NCBI RefSeq assembly: GCF_001644705.1
Contig: NZ_CP015137.1
Coordinates: forward strand, 810,001-842,000
Length of the DNA stretch: 32,000 bases
DNA from: Dickeya solani IPO 2222
GTDB taxonomy: Bacteria; Pseudomonadota; Gammaproteobacteria; Enterobacterales; Enterobacteriaceae
Reading direction: 5' to 3'
Within the stretch, counting starts at the first letter, position 1. The number at the start of each line of letters is the position of its first letter. A model generated the notes under the pieces. The model ran no database searches and had not been told where the DNA came from. It was given only the letters and a program-made list of their open reading frames with translations. A program made the translations under genes and the position numbers. Shown here piece after piece: positions 1-11,224 of the stretch.

Positions 1-3000
1 GGCAATGTCTTCACGCAGGTCAAAGGTCAGCGCCACGTTCAGCCCCGGATCGTTGTCATCGGATTTGGCGTGGTGTTCCTGATCGGCGCACTGCGGGTTA
101 TCGCGCAGACGCTGCATCTGCCAGGTGGTCTCAGCCCACCAGTTGCGCAGCGTAGTGCGGCTTTCGTGGTACACCACATCGTTGCCGCTATGAATGATGA
201 AGTGGTTGCCGGCTTCCGCCTGCCCCAGATAATGCACGCAATCCGCCAGACCATGCTCAGCCAGTACCTGTTCTACTTCGGCACGGCGGGAAGCGTCGAT
301 CTGGATAACAGCGCCCAGTTCTTCGTTGAACAGCACCGCCAGTGCATCTTCGCCCATGGAACCGATGTTCGCTTTGACGCCGCAATGCCCGGCAAATGCC
401 ATCTCCGCCAGCGTGACCAGCAGACCGCCGTCTGAACGGTCGTGGTATGCCAGCAGGGCCTGATTCGCCACCAGTGCTTGCATCGCGTTGAAGAAACCCG
501 CCAGTTGAGCCGGATTACGCACATCCGCAGTCTTGCGACCCAGTTGGCGATAAACCTGTGCCAGCGCCGTAGCGCCCAGCGCGTGATGCCCGGCTCCCAG
601 ATCGATCATCAGCAGCACGTTGTCCTTGTCGGTACGCAACTGCGGCGTGACGGTATGACGCACGTCTTCCACGCGGGCAAAGGCGGAAATCACCAGCGAC
701 AGCGGCGCCGTTACTGACTTGTCTTCGCCGTTTTCCTGCCAGCGGGTTTTCATCGACATGGAGTCTTTACCCACCGGAATAGTCAGCCCCAGCGCCGGAC
801 AAAGTTCTTCGCCAACCGCCTTCACGGCTTCATACAGACCAGCGTCTTCGCCCGGATGCCCGGCCGCCGCCATCCAGTTGGCGGACAGTTTCACCCGTTT
901 CAGCTCGCCGATATGCGTCGCCGCAATGTTGGTCAGCGCTTCCCCGACCGCCAGCCGCGCCGAAGCGGCAAAATTACGCAACGCCACCGGCGCACGTTCG
1001 CCGATGGACATGGCTTCACCGTAATAGCTATCCAGACTGGCGGTTGTCACGGCACAGTCCGCTACCGGCACCTGCCACGGCCCGACCATCTGGTCGCGTG
1101 CCACCATCCCGGTTACCGTGCGGTCACCGATGGTGATCAAGAAGGTTTTCTCGGCCACAGCGGGCAAATGCAGCACACGCTCAACCGCTTCCGCCAGATA
1201 AATGCCTTCACGATTCAACGGCGTGCCTTCCACCTCTTTACGCTCGACATCACGCAGCATTTTCGGCGCTTTGCCCAGCAGCACGTCCAGCGGCATGTCG
1301 ATCGGCTTGTTGTTGAAATGGCGATCGTTGAGCGTCAGGTGCTGTTCTTCAGTGGCTTCGCCAATGACCGCATAAGGCGCGCGTTCACGACGGCAGATTT
1401 CACCAAACAGCGCCAGTTGTTCCGGCGCTACCGCCAGCACATAACGCTCCTGCGATTCGTTACACCAGACTTCCAGCGGGCTCATGCCCGGCTCATCATT
1501 CAGGATGTCGCGCAGCTCAAAACGACCGCCGCGACCGCCGTCGCTAACCAGTTCCGGCATGGCGTTGGACAGGCCGCCCGCACCGACGTCATGGATAAAC
1601 AGAATCGGGTTCTGTTCGCCGAGCTGCCAGCAGCGGTCGATCACTTCCTGACAGCGACGCTCCATTTCCGGGTTATCGCGCTGTACCGAGGCAAAATCCA
1701 AATCCGCGTCAGACTGACCGGAGGTCATAGAAGACGCCGCGCCGCCGCCCAGACCAATGTTCATCGCCGGGCCGCCCAGCACAATCAGCTTGGCGCCGAT
1801 GCTGATTTCGCCTTTTTTCACATGTTCGGCGCGAATGTTGCCGATACCGCCCGCCAGCATGATCGGTTTATGATAGCCACGCACTTCAACGCCGTTATGG
1901 CTGTCTACCGCTTCTTCATAAGTACGGAAATAACCGGTCAGCGCCGGACGGCCGAATTCGTTATTGAACGCCGCGCCGCCCAACGGGCCGTCGGTCATGA
2001 TGTCCAGCGCGTTGACGATACGATCCGGCTTGCCGAAATCCTGTTCCCACGGCTGGATAAACCCCGGAATGCGCAGATTGGATACCGAGAACCCCACCAG
2101 ACCGGCTTTCGGTTTTGCCCCCCGCCCGGTGGCGCCTTCATCGCGAATTTCACCGCCGGAACCGGTCGCGGCGCCCGGCCACGGTGAAATGGCGGTCGGG
2201 TGGTTGTGGGTTTCCACTTTCATCAGGATATGCGCGTCTTCCTGATGGTAGCCGTAAGCGCCCTGGGGATCAGGGAAGAAACGGCCGACAGCCGATCCTT
2301 CCATCACCGCCGCGTTATCCTTATAAGCAGACATGACGTAGTCCGGTGTATGCTCAAAGGTGTTTTTGATCATCTTGAACAGCGACTTCGGCTGCGTTTC
2401 GCCATTGATGATCCAATCGGCATTAAAGATTTTGTGACGGCAGTGCTCGGAATTCGCCTGCGCGAACATGTAGAGTTCGATATCTGTCGGATTGCGTCCC
2501 AGTTTGGTAAAGGCATCCAGCAGATAATCCATTTCGTCGTCGGCCAGCGCCAGGCCCAGACGCAGGTTAGCCTCTTCCAGCGCAGGACGACCCTGTAGCA
2601 GAATTTCCACCCGTTTCAGCGAAGCCGGCTGATGCTGGGAAAACAGCAGATTGGCCTGTTGCAGGTCGTCAAACACGCTTTCCATCATGCGGTCATGGAG
2701 CAGTGCGGCCAGTTCCCGCCACTGCGCGTCGCTGAGCGTCGGCGCGTGGATATAAAACGCCAGACCGCGTTCCAGACGACGAATTTTCTGCAAACCGCAA
2801 TTGTGCGCGATGTCGGTTGCCTTGGAAGACCAGGGAGAAATGGTACCCGGACGCGGGGTCACCAGAACCAGCCGCCCGGTAGGCTCGTGCTCTGCGAGAG
2901 AAGGGCCGTATTTCAGCAGGCGGCTCAATCGTGACTGTTCTTCATGGTTTAGCGGAGCGTTCACATCGGCGAAGTGGACGTATTCGGCATAAATGTCGCT

Positions 3001-3090
3001 GACGGGCAGGTGATATTCCTTGCACCGGGCCAACAGTTTATTGATACGAAAAGCCGATAAGGCGGGTGAACCACGCAGTATTTCCATCAT
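1..3090 (-). CDS. purL: Phosphoribosylformylglycinamidine synthase PurL, N-terminal ~1030 codons; the 3' end runs off the left edge of the window
   Basis: Reverse-strand translation from ATGATG (3090/3087) reads [20 protein letters not shown]...[16 protein letters not shown]...[28 protein letters not shown], collinear with E. coli PurL. It is absent from the ORF track only because no stop codon lies inside the window. The + strand ORFs listed here (e.g. 856..2187) are its antisense shadows. Confidence 0.97.
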   Translation of the reverse strand, partial: MMEILRGSPALSAFRINKLLARCKEYHLPVSDIYAEYVHFADVNAPLNHEEQSRLSRLLKYGPSLAEHEPTGRLVLVTPRPGTISPWSSKATDIAHNCGLQKIRRLERGLAFYIHAPTLSDAQWRELAALLHDRMMESVFDDLQQANLLFSQHQPASLKRVEILLQGRPALEEANLRLGLALADDEMDYLLDAFTKLGRNPTDIELYMFAQANSEHCRHKIFNADWIINGETQPKSLFKMIKNTFEHTPDYVMSAYKDNAAVMEGSAVGRFFPDPQGAYGYHQEDAHILMKVETHNHPTAISPWPGAATGSGGEIRDEGATGRGAKPKAGLVGFSVSNLRIPGFIQPWEQDFGKPDRIVNALDIMTDGPLGGAAFNNEFGRPALTGYFRTYEEAVDSHNGVEVRGYHKPIMLAGGIGNIRAEHVKKGEISIGAKLIVLGGPAMNIGLGGGAASSMTSGQSDADLDFASVQRDNPEMERRCQEVIDRCWQLGEQNPILFIHDVGAGGLSNAMPELVSDGGRGGRFELRDILNDEPGMSPLEVWCNESQERYVLAVAPEQLALFGEICRRERAPYAVIGEATEEQHLTLNDRHFNNKPIDMPLDVLLGKAPKMLRDVERKEVEGTPLNREGIYLAEAVERVLHLPAVAEKTFLITIGDRTVTGMVARDQMVGPWQVPVADCAVTTASLDSYYGEAMSIGERAPVALRNFAASARLAVGEALTNIAATHIGELKRVKLSANWMAAAGHPGEDAGLYEAVKAVGEELCPALGLTIPVGKDSMSMKTRWQENGEDKSVTAPLSLVISAFARVEDVRHTVTPQLRTDKDNVLLMIDLGAGHHALGATALAQVYRQLGRKTADVRNPAQLAGFFNAMQALVANQALLAYHDRSDGGLLVTLAEMAFAGHCGVKANIGSMGEDALAVLFNEELGAVIQIDASRRAEVEQVLAEHGLADCVHYLGQAEAGNHFIIHSGNDVVYHESRTTLRNWWAETTWQMQRLRDNPQCADQEHHAKSDDNDPGLNVALTFDLREDIA

Positions 3091-3182
3091 CTAAATTTCT
3101 CTCGTCTTCGAGGCACCGGAGACAGTGCGTCAGGGCGCTACAGGGGGGAAACGCGCGTTATTATAAAGAATAGTGGCGCGCG

Positions 3183-3198
3183 ACGAAACCGTTTGCGT
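3183..3198 (-). promoter_or_regulatory. PurR operator (pur box) in the purL leader/promoter
   Basis: The reverse strand reads ACGCAAACGGTTTCGT, a 16-bp match to the PurR box consensus and, as I recall it, to the E. coli purL operator. It lies about 95 bp upstream of the purL start. Confidence 0.75.
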
Positions 3199-3364
3199 AG
3201 TGATTGTTAAACATTAAGAGAACCTTGCGGTCAAACAGTAGACAAACTAATAAAAGTTGCACACTGGCGGTTTGTTAAGCAAAATGCCCCCCGACTCTGG
3301 GACAGATGTATAAGAAACTGCCGTTACAGACAGACAAGCCAACCGGGCGCCGAGAGACAACTCA

Positions 3365-4822
3365 TTGAAGCGTTTAACGATAAATTATGTTTTCATCGGG
3401 GTGATCGCTTTGCTGTTGACGCTGGCACTGTGGCCAAATATTCCCTGGCGCAGTCACCAGGATGTTCAGCTAAGACAAATTCTTTCACGTGGCGAGCTGC
3501 GCATCAGCACCGTGACCTCTCCGCTGACCTATACACTCAGCAACGGTTCCCCCACCGGACTGGACTACGAACTGGCCAAACGATTCGCCGACTACCTCGG
3601 CGTGCGGCTGGTGGTATCGGTGCGCCAAAACGTCGACGATCTGTTCAGCGATCTGGATAACGACAATGCCGACCTGCTGGCCGCCGGTCTGATTTATAAC
3701 CGGGAGCGCCTGAGCCGTTTCCAGGCCGGTCCTTCCTATTATTCCGTGTCGCAGCAACTGGTCTATCGCATGGGTACGGCTCGCCCCGGCGCGTTGGACA
3801 AATTACAGGGCAAGCTGACCGTGTTGTCCGGCTCGGCGCACGCCGCCACGCTGCGCGATTTCAAAGCCGGTAAATACCCGCAACTGAGTTGGGAGGTCGC
3901 CACCGACCTGTCCGAACTGGACCTGTTAAAACAGGTGGCGGAAGGAAAACTGGATTACACCATCGCCGACTCAATAAACATCGGCCTGATGCAGCGTATT
4001 CACCCGCAGCTGGCGGTGTCGTTCGACCTCAGCGACGAAGAGCCGGTCACCTGGTATATGCGGCAAAACCATGACGATAGCCTTTCCGCCGCGCTTCTAG
4101 ACTTCTTCAGTCAGATAATGGAAGACGGCACCCTCGCCCGTCTGGAAGAGAAATATCTCGGGCATGTCGGCGAGTTCGACTATGTGGATACCACCACCTT
4201 CCTCAGCGCCATCGACAATACCCTGCCGGGCCTGCGTTCGCTGTTTGAGAAATACGCCAGAGAGATCGACTGGAAACTGCTGGCGGCCATTTCATATCAG
4301 GAATCGCACTGGAACCCGATGGCGACCTCGCCGACCGGGGTGCGCGGCTTGATGATGCTGACCCGCAATACCGCTGAAAGCCTGGATGTGGTGGACAGAC
4401 TCAACCCGGAAGAAAGTATCCGCGGCGGCGCCAGATACCTGAATCAGATGATGCAGCAGGTGCCGGCCACCATCCCGACGGACGAACGCATCTGGTTTGC
4501 GCTGGCCGCCTATAACATGGGGTACGCCCATATGATGGATGCCCGCAAACTGACGGAAAAACAGAAAGGGAACCCAGACAGCTGGGCCGACGTCAAAATA
4601 CGCCTGCCGATGCTGAGCCAGAAACGCTATTACGCCCAGACCGCCAACGGTTATGCCCGCGGTCAGGAGGCTTACAACTACGTGGAAAACATCCGGCGCT
4701 ATATGGTCAGCCTGGTCGGGTATCTTTCGGAGAAAGAAAGCCGGGCGTTACAACAGCAACTGGCCGCCAGCGCTTATCCTGCCGTACCGCCGGAACAGTT
4801 AACCGCCAATCCTTCGCGCTGA
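3365..4822 (+). CDS. mltF: Membrane-bound lytic murein transglycosylase F
   Basis: 485 aa with a TTG start. It aligns end to end with E. coli MltF/YfhD ([12 protein letters not shown]...[16 protein letters not shown]...[11 protein letters not shown]...[14 protein letters not shown]...), with an N-terminal solute-binding-like domain and a C-terminal SLT domain. Confidence 0.95.
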   Translation: MKRLTINYVFIGVIALLLTLALWPNIPWRSHQDVQLRQILSRGELRISTVTSPLTYTLSNGSPTGLDYELAKRFADYLGVRLVVSVRQNVDDLFSDLDNDNADLLAAGLIYNRERLSRFQAGPSYYSVSQQLVYRMGTARPGALDKLQGKLTVLSGSAHAATLRDFKAGKYPQLSWEVATDLSELDLLKQVAEGKLDYTIADSINIGLMQRIHPQLAVSFDLSDEEPVTWYMRQNHDDSLSAALLDFFSQIMEDGTLARLEEKYLGHVGEFDYVDTTTFLSAIDNTLPGLRSLFEKYAREIDWKLLAAISYQESHWNPMATSPTGVRGLMMLTRNTAESLDVVDRLNPEESIRGGARYLNQMMQQVPATIPTDERIWFALAAYNMGYAHMMDARKLTEKQKGNPDSWADVKIRLPMLSQKRYYAQTANGYARGQEAYNYVENIRRYMVSLVGYLSEKESRALQQQLAASAYPAVPPEQLTANPSR

Positions 4823-4833
4823 CGCACGACCGC

Positions 4834-6046
<1,213 letters not shown>

Positions 6047-6083
6047 GCGCGATCTCCGGTCGTTCGAGTCTGCGGCGACAGCA

Positions 6084-7007
6084 TCACGCCTTCTCCACGA
6101 ACAACGCATCGCGCAGATAGCCGCCTTTCTCGACCAGCCGTTGTCTGGCCTGTTGCGCGTCGCAACCGGTCACCACCATCACTATCGCCGGTTTAACCTC
6201 ATAATCGGTCTGCGCCAGACACCGCTGCGCCGTTTCCCGATCAACGCCGGTGGCGTCCATCAGGATACGGCAGGCACGATCCACCAGTTTTACGTTGGTG
6301 GCTTTTACATCCACCATCAGATTCTGGTACACCTTGCCCAAGCGCACCATCGCACCGGTGGAAACCATGTTCAGCACTAATTTTTGCGCCGTGCCGGACT
6401 TCAACCGGGTGGACCCCGTCAACACTTCCGGGCCCACCAGCGGAGAAATGGCGATCTCCGCGGCCTGCGCAATCGGCGAATGCGGGTTGCAGGAAATAGC
6501 GGCGGTACGGCAGCCCAGAGCACACGCATAGCGCAAGCCGCCAATCACATAAGGGGTTCGCCCCGATGCGGCAAGGCCGATCACCATATCCTGAGAGGTT
6601 AGCGTCAGCGCGATCAAATCCGCTTCGCCTAACGCCGGGTCATCTTCTGCGCCCTCAACCGCCTTCAGCAAGGCTCCAGGGCCGCCGGCAATCAACCCCA
6701 CCACCAATCCATGCGGCACGCCAAAGGTGGGCGGACATTCCGACGCATCCAGCACGCCAAGACGGCCGCTGGTGCCGGCCCCCAGATAAATAATTCGTCC
6801 GCCGGCCTTCAGGCAGCCAGCCGCGGCATCCACAGCCTGAGCGATCGCCGGCAACACCTCACGGATCGCCGCCGGCACCCGGTGATCCTCCTGATTGAAC
6901 AATGACACCATCTCCAGCGTGGACAGCTGATCCAGATTCATGGACGCCGGATTCCGTGTTTCCGACACCAGCGTGCCGAAATCCATACTTTTTTCGTCTT
7001 TTATCAT
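6084..7007 (-). CDS. murQ: N-acetylmuramic acid 6-phosphate etherase
   Basis: SIS-domain protein. [25 protein letters not shown]...AASGRTPYV...[17 protein letters not shown]...KATNxKL is collinear with E. coli MurQ. The start is probably [10 protein letters not shown] (7007). The upstream extension to 7112 overlaps a terminator hairpin. Confidence 0.9.
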   Translation of the reverse strand: MIKDEKSMDFGTLVSETRNPASMNLDQLSTLEMVSLFNQEDHRVPAAIREVLPAIAQAVDAAAGCLKAGGRIIYLGAGTSGRLGVLDASECPPTFGVPHGLVVGLIAGGPGALLKAVEGAEDDPALGEADLIALTLTSQDMVIGLAASGRTPYVIGGLRYACALGCRTAAISCNPHSPIAQAAEIAISPLVGPEVLTGSTRLKSGTAQKLVLNMVSTGAMVRLGKVYQNLMVDVKATNVKLVDRACRILMDATGVDRETAQRCLAQTDYEVKPAIVMVVTGCDAQQARQRLVEKGGYLRDALFVEKA

Positions 7008-7084
7008 TATTCCATCGCCTTGCTCATCAGGCTGCGTCGTTCGCCGCCTACCGGCGTTCATCGATAACGCTATGCCGAACCAAT

Positions 7085-7121
7085 AAAAAACGGCTTGCAA
7101 GGTAACTGGCAAGCCGTTTTG
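7085..7121 (-). terminator. Rho-independent terminator (bidirectional shape) after the 7138..7479 gene
   Basis: Perfect 10-bp stem AACGGCTTGC/GCAAGCCGTT (7089-7098 / 7109-7118) with a 10-nt loop. It is flanked by an A run on the left and a T run on the right, so the minus-strand transcript ends in a U tract. Confidence 0.8.
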
Positions 7122-7137
7122 TCAGTACTTCTCAACA

Positions 7138-7479
7138 TCAGAATATTTTGTCCTCATCTTCGCGGATTAGCGAATCCAGATCACCCAGCGCTTCGCGCGC
7201 CTGTGCCCGGTGGATGAGTTTAAGCTGCGCGGCTGCCGGGAAATCCGTGATGTTAATCTGACCTTTGGTGATCAACACCTGAATCAGATCTTCCAGTACA
7301 CGCACCATTTCCAGATCGCTGCTGCGCAGTCGCTCGATGTTAGCCAGAATCGCCTGTTGATTATTCAGCCATGCCATTGCTTCAACAGAACCATTCGGCA
7401 GTTCGCCGTTCATTTCGGAAAACGGCGATTCTTCTACCCTGATGAGGTGGCCGTTGCTGTCACGCAAAATATAAAACAT
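7138..7479 (-). CDS. Small conserved hypothetical protein (~113 aa), function unknown
   Basis: Open frame with AAGGG 7 nt upstream of the MFYILRDSNG start (7479), immediately followed by a strong terminator. The acidic C-terminus and the SSDLEMVRVLEDLIxxLIxKGxI motif look like a conserved gammaproteobacterial hypothetical family. I cannot name it with confidence. Confidence 0.6.
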   Translation of the reverse strand: MFYILRDSNGHLIRVEESPFSEMNGELPNGSVEAMAWLNNQQAILANIERLRSSDLEMVRVLEDLIQVLITKGQINITDFPAAAQLKLIHRAQAREALGDLDSLIREDEDKIF

Positions 7480-8195
7480 ACCAAGCCCTTTTTTATTTGC
7501 AAAAGAGAACTCGCCTGGCAAGGTGGCTCTCTATTCCTGATTAGGATTTCCTATGTTACCGCGCACGGCAACTGCACGCCCTGCTATGGCAGAGGACGAC
7601 CATGCAAACACGTCTCAACGCGCACGCACGCCTCTACCAGAGAGTGCCGGCAGGAAACCCATCGTCTCCATCCTATCCGGATGACACGCCGATACACCGC
7701 CTGTCATCTGCCGGGTGGAATCAGTGCCGCCGCACGGGCGTAATACCGCACGACGAGGCCTGAACAAGCTCGCGATCCCTCATTGGCACATCACGTCAGG
7801 CCATCGAGCAGCATGGCATTTTCACCATCGCCGGGCAAGCTATCCACGTGATTCTCTGCCCGATATCCGCGTTTTGCGACGGATTGGATCGCATACGGAA
7901 CATTGTCAGCTTACTGATTACCAAACGTATTATGCCGTACCAAAATGTCAGTTATATTGACCGCCATGAATGATTTCCAGCCAGAGGGACGACGGGACGG
8001 CCTCAAACCCGGCATGACGCTGACAGGCGACCTTGAAATGAAAGGTTGCGTCCGGCAAGGTTCGACATGAATAATGCTTGCCAGTCAAAACCTGAAAAAA
8101 CAACAAAATCAGGCCATATTGCTCACTTTTTTCTATTTTTATCTGTGATCGCATTGCCTGCAGGCGGTCACGATGGCTAAGGAACGCGCAGCGAC

Positions 8196-10382
8196 ATGAA
8201 TACACACCATGAGCAGCCACCGGGCGGCGAGGAATATCATCATTCCCCGCAACATCAGGATCCCCGCATCCGCCATGACGACCCCTTGCTTGACAGCCTG
8301 CTGGTCCTGTGTCGGTTGCAGGGAAAGCCGACCAGCCGCGCCACGCTGACCGCGGGGCTGCCGCTTGAAGACCTGCGTTTGCCCGCCAGTCTGTTGCCGC
8401 GCGCCGCGGCACGCGCCGGTTTGCGTGCCCGGATACTCAAACGCTCGCTGAACGCCATCCCGGCCATGTCGCTGCCCGCCATGCTGTTACTGCGCGAAGG
8501 TCGCGCCGCCATCCTGCTGGGCTGGACGGCGGACGGCAGCGCCCGTCTGATGACGGGGGAAACCGAAGGCGGCGAAATCACAGTCGACCATAATACGTTG
8601 CAGCAGAACTATCTGGGGTTGGTGATGTTCGCTCAGTCGGCTCATCGCTTCGAAGCCTCGCCGACAGCCTTGCTGCCGCGAAGCAAAGCCTGGCTCTGGG
8701 ACACGCTGAAACTATCGCGCAGTCTGCATCTGGATGCCGTGGTCGCCAGCCTGCTCATTAATATCATCGCGCTGTTTGTCCCGCTGTTCGTCATGCAGGT
8801 CTACGATCGGGTAATCCCCAATCAAACCACAACCACCTTATGGGTGCTGGCCTCCGGCGTTGGTATCGCCCTGCTCTTTGACCTTGTCCTGCGGATATTA
8901 CGCAGCATTTGTGTCGATATCGCCGGGAAAAAGACCGCGCTTATCCTCTCCGCCACCTTGTTTGAACGACTGACCGGCATGATGCTGTCGGCCTTTCCGG
9001 CACGGACCGGCGCGGTGGCGCACCGGGTAGGGGAATTTCAGGCATTGCGCGATACGTTATCGTCGCTGACGCTGGGAACGCTGATCGACTTTCCGTTCAC
9101 GCTGCTGATGCTGATTCTGCTCGGTATGCTGGGAGGGCCGTTAGTCTGGATACCGTTGCTGACGTTGCCTTTGGTCCTGCTGATCAACGGGCTGTTGCAA
9201 AAGCCGATAATGGCGGCGCTGACCCATTCCCGGCGTCTGACTGACGAACGGCAGGCGCTGCTGACCGAAACGCTGGGCGGGCTGGATGCCATCAAAATTA
9301 ATAATGCGGAAGGCGAACGTCAGCGCCAGTGGGAACAAATCAGCGGCGACATCAGCCAACTGGACTCGCGGGTAAAAACATTATCGGCTATCGCCGTCCA
9401 CATGACGCAATCATGTCAGCATCTCGCCGGCATAGTGGTGATTATCTCGGGGGTATATCTACTGCTGAACAGCCAGCTAACCCTGGGCACGCTGTTCGCC
9501 TGTTACCTGCTCAACAGCCGGGCGCTGATGACGCTGGGGCCACTGTCCGAGCTGTTTACCCGTTATCAGCAGGCGCGGCTGACGCTGGAGGAAACCCGGC
9601 ATCTGATGGAGTTACCGCAGGAGCGAGGCGAACAGCCCTATCCTCTGAAACGGGAAAGCATTCAGGGCAGTATCGAGTTTCGCGATGTCACCTTCCGCTA
9701 TCCGGAACAGAAGAATCGCGCCCTGATTGATATCAACCTGTCGATCCGACCCGGCGAAAAAATCGGCATTATCGGCCGTACCGGCTCCGGTAAAAGTTCG
9801 CTGGAAAAGCTGATCGCCAATCTTTATCAGCCGACCAGCGGCAACTTGCTGATCGACGGCGTGGACGCCCGTCAGCTCGATATCGCCGATGTGCGTCACC
9901 ACATCGGCTATGTGCCGCAGGATATTCAGCTGCTCAGCGGCACGCTGCGGGACAACCTGATTTGCGGCGCCCGTTATGTAGAAGACGACGCGATGCTGCG
10001 CGTGGCGGATATCGCCGGCGTGAATGATTTCGCCCGTTTGCACCCGGACGGTTATAACCTGCAGGTTGGCGAGCGGGGTATGCAACTGTCGGGCGGTCAG
10101 CGACAGGCGGTTGCCATCGCGCGCGCGCTGCTGCTTGATCCGCCAATTCTGGTGATGGACGAGCCCACCAGCGCCATGGACAACAGCAGCGAAGACCGAT
10201 TTAAGCAGGCCCTGCAGACCTGCATCGCCAACAAGACGCTGCTGCTGGTGACGCACCGGGTTTCCATGTTGACGCTGGTCGATCGGCTGGTGATCGTGGA
10301 CAAAGGACGCATTATCGCCGATGGTCCCAAAGCCATTGTGCTGGATGCATTAAAGAAGGGGCAGATCAATGCGTCTCGCTAA
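8196..10382 (+). CDS. Type I secretion system permease/ATPase (LssB/LapB-like) with an N-terminal C39-like, non-catalytic domain
   Basis: 728 aa. The N-terminal ~150 aa (DPLLDSLLVLCRLQGKPTSRATLTAGLPL...AMLLL...AILLGW) resemble the C39-like domain of RTX/adhesin exporters. A 6-TM ABC exporter core follows, with Walker A GRTGSGKSS, signature LSGGQRQ, Walker B ILVMDEPTS and H-loop THR all intact. Confidence 0.9.
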   Translation: MNTHHEQPPGGEEYHHSPQHQDPRIRHDDPLLDSLLVLCRLQGKPTSRATLTAGLPLEDLRLPASLLPRAAARAGLRARILKRSLNAIPAMSLPAMLLLREGRAAILLGWTADGSARLMTGETEGGEITVDHNTLQQNYLGLVMFAQSAHRFEASPTALLPRSKAWLWDTLKLSRSLHLDAVVASLLINIIALFVPLFVMQVYDRVIPNQTTTTLWVLASGVGIALLFDLVLRILRSICVDIAGKKTALILSATLFERLTGMMLSAFPARTGAVAHRVGEFQALRDTLSSLTLGTLIDFPFTLLMLILLGMLGGPLVWIPLLTLPLVLLINGLLQKPIMAALTHSRRLTDERQALLTETLGGLDAIKINNAEGERQRQWEQISGDISQLDSRVKTLSAIAVHMTQSCQHLAGIVVIISGVYLLLNSQLTLGTLFACYLLNSRALMTLGPLSELFTRYQQARLTLEETRHLMELPQERGEQPYPLKRESIQGSIEFRDVTFRYPEQKNRALIDINLSIRPGEKIGIIGRTGSGKSSLEKLIANLYQPTSGNLLIDGVDARQLDIADVRHHIGYVPQDIQLLSGTLRDNLICGARYVEDDAMLRVADIAGVNDFARLHPDGYNLQVGERGMQLSGGQRQAVAIARALLLDPPILVMDEPTSAMDNSSEDRFKQALQTCIANKTLLLVTHRVSMLTLVDRLVIVDKGRIIADGPKAIVLDALKKGQINASR

Positions 10383-11211
10383 GTTCGTGCAACATCTCAA
10401 CGCGTATTTCTCCAGTCATCACCAGCAGGACCCTCAGGCGCTACCGGACGTTGGCCGGGCGTTGGTGGAAGATACGCCCCGCATCATCCGATTGTCGATC
10501 TGGATCATGCTGGCTTTCGCGGTCTTTCTGATCGGTTGGGCGGCGGTTGCCGAAGTTGATGAGGTCGTACACACGACGGGGAAAACGATCGGTCAGTCGC
10601 AACGCTATCGGGTGCAGGCGCAGGAAACGGGCGAACTCAGCGACATGTATATCCGCGAAGGGCAGATCGTCAACGTCGGCGAGCCTCTGATGCGACTAGA
10701 GCATACCCAGACGTCCAATACATCCGATGCCAGTGAAAACAAGGCGGACAGGCTGTCGCTGGTGGTGTCTCCCGTGCGGGGCATTATCAGATACATTCTG
10801 GTTGATGCCGCCACCGGGCAGATTTCTCCCGGCCGTACGCTGGTGGAAATCACGCCGCTGGATGACAAGCTGCTGATCGAAGCGCGGGTCAGGCTGCAGG
10901 ATATGGCGTATTTGCGCCCCGGACAGGAAGCAATGATGACGTTCACCGCGTATGACGACACAACATTTGGCGGGCTAAAAGGTTATATCGATCAGATCAG
11001 TCAGGATATGGTGACCGATCAGGCCGGTAACAGCTTTTATCTTGTGCGGTTGCGTACGGAGAAAAACTATCTGGGGAATATCGACAAGCCGCTGCTGATC
11101 CTTCCCGGCATGGTCGCCAATGTGAATATCATTACCGGCAGGAAAACCTTGCTCAGCTATCTGCTGAAACCGATTCGACAAGCCCGGGAGGAAGCCCTGC
11201 GGGAAAGATAA
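10369..11211 (+). CDS. HlyD-family type I secretion membrane-fusion (adaptor) protein, abnormally short and lacking the coiled-coil hairpin domain
   Basis: 280 aa, with the ATG overlapping the ABC gene by 14 nt. It has an N-terminal TM helix (IIRLSIWIMLAFAVFLIGWAAVA), a first lipoyl half (EVDEVVHTTGKTI...IREGQIVNVGEPLMRLE), then only a ~20-aa polar linker. After that it resumes at the second lipoyl half and beta-barrel (VVSPVRGII...VEITPLDDKLLIEARV...PGMVANVNIITGRKTLLSYLLKPIRQAREEALRER). Typical family members are about 390-480 aa. Confidence 0.8.
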   Translation: MRLAKFVQHLNAYFSSHHQQDPQALPDVGRALVEDTPRIIRLSIWIMLAFAVFLIGWAAVAEVDEVVHTTGKTIGQSQRYRVQAQETGELSDMYIREGQIVNVGEPLMRLEHTQTSNTSDASENKADRLSLVVSPVRGIIRYILVDAATGQISPGRTLVEITPLDDKLLIEARVRLQDMAYLRPGQEAMMTFTAYDDTTFGGLKGYIDQISQDMVTDQAGNSFYLVRLRTEKNYLGNIDKPLLILPGMVANVNIITGRKTLLSYLLKPIRQAREEALRER

Positions 11212-11224
11212 CGCGAATCGGCGT

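Noticed and set aside
856-2187. 443-aa + strand ORF, plus neighbouring + strand ORFs from 70 to 2992
   Set aside because: They lie antisense to an unambiguous PurL reading frame. They are Arg/His-rich with low complexity and have no recognisable motifs. These are shadow ORFs typical of GC-rich coding DNA.
7560-8070. Possible c-di-GMP riboswitch upstream of the T1SS operon, considered because of the ACGCAC and GGGACG strings and the local hairpin GCGACCTT-gaaatga-AAGGTTGC
   Set aside because: I could not align the conserved GEMM-I core (e.g. the ...AGGGCAAACC...GGGACGCAAAGCC... elements as I recall them) or a class II pseudoknot. A covariance-model scan would be needed, so no call is made.
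7948-8412. 154-aa minus-strand ORF overlapping the start of the ABC transporter gene
   Set aside because: It is antisense to the conserved N-terminal domain of the exporter. It is Arg/Ala/Gly-rich and has no start signals.
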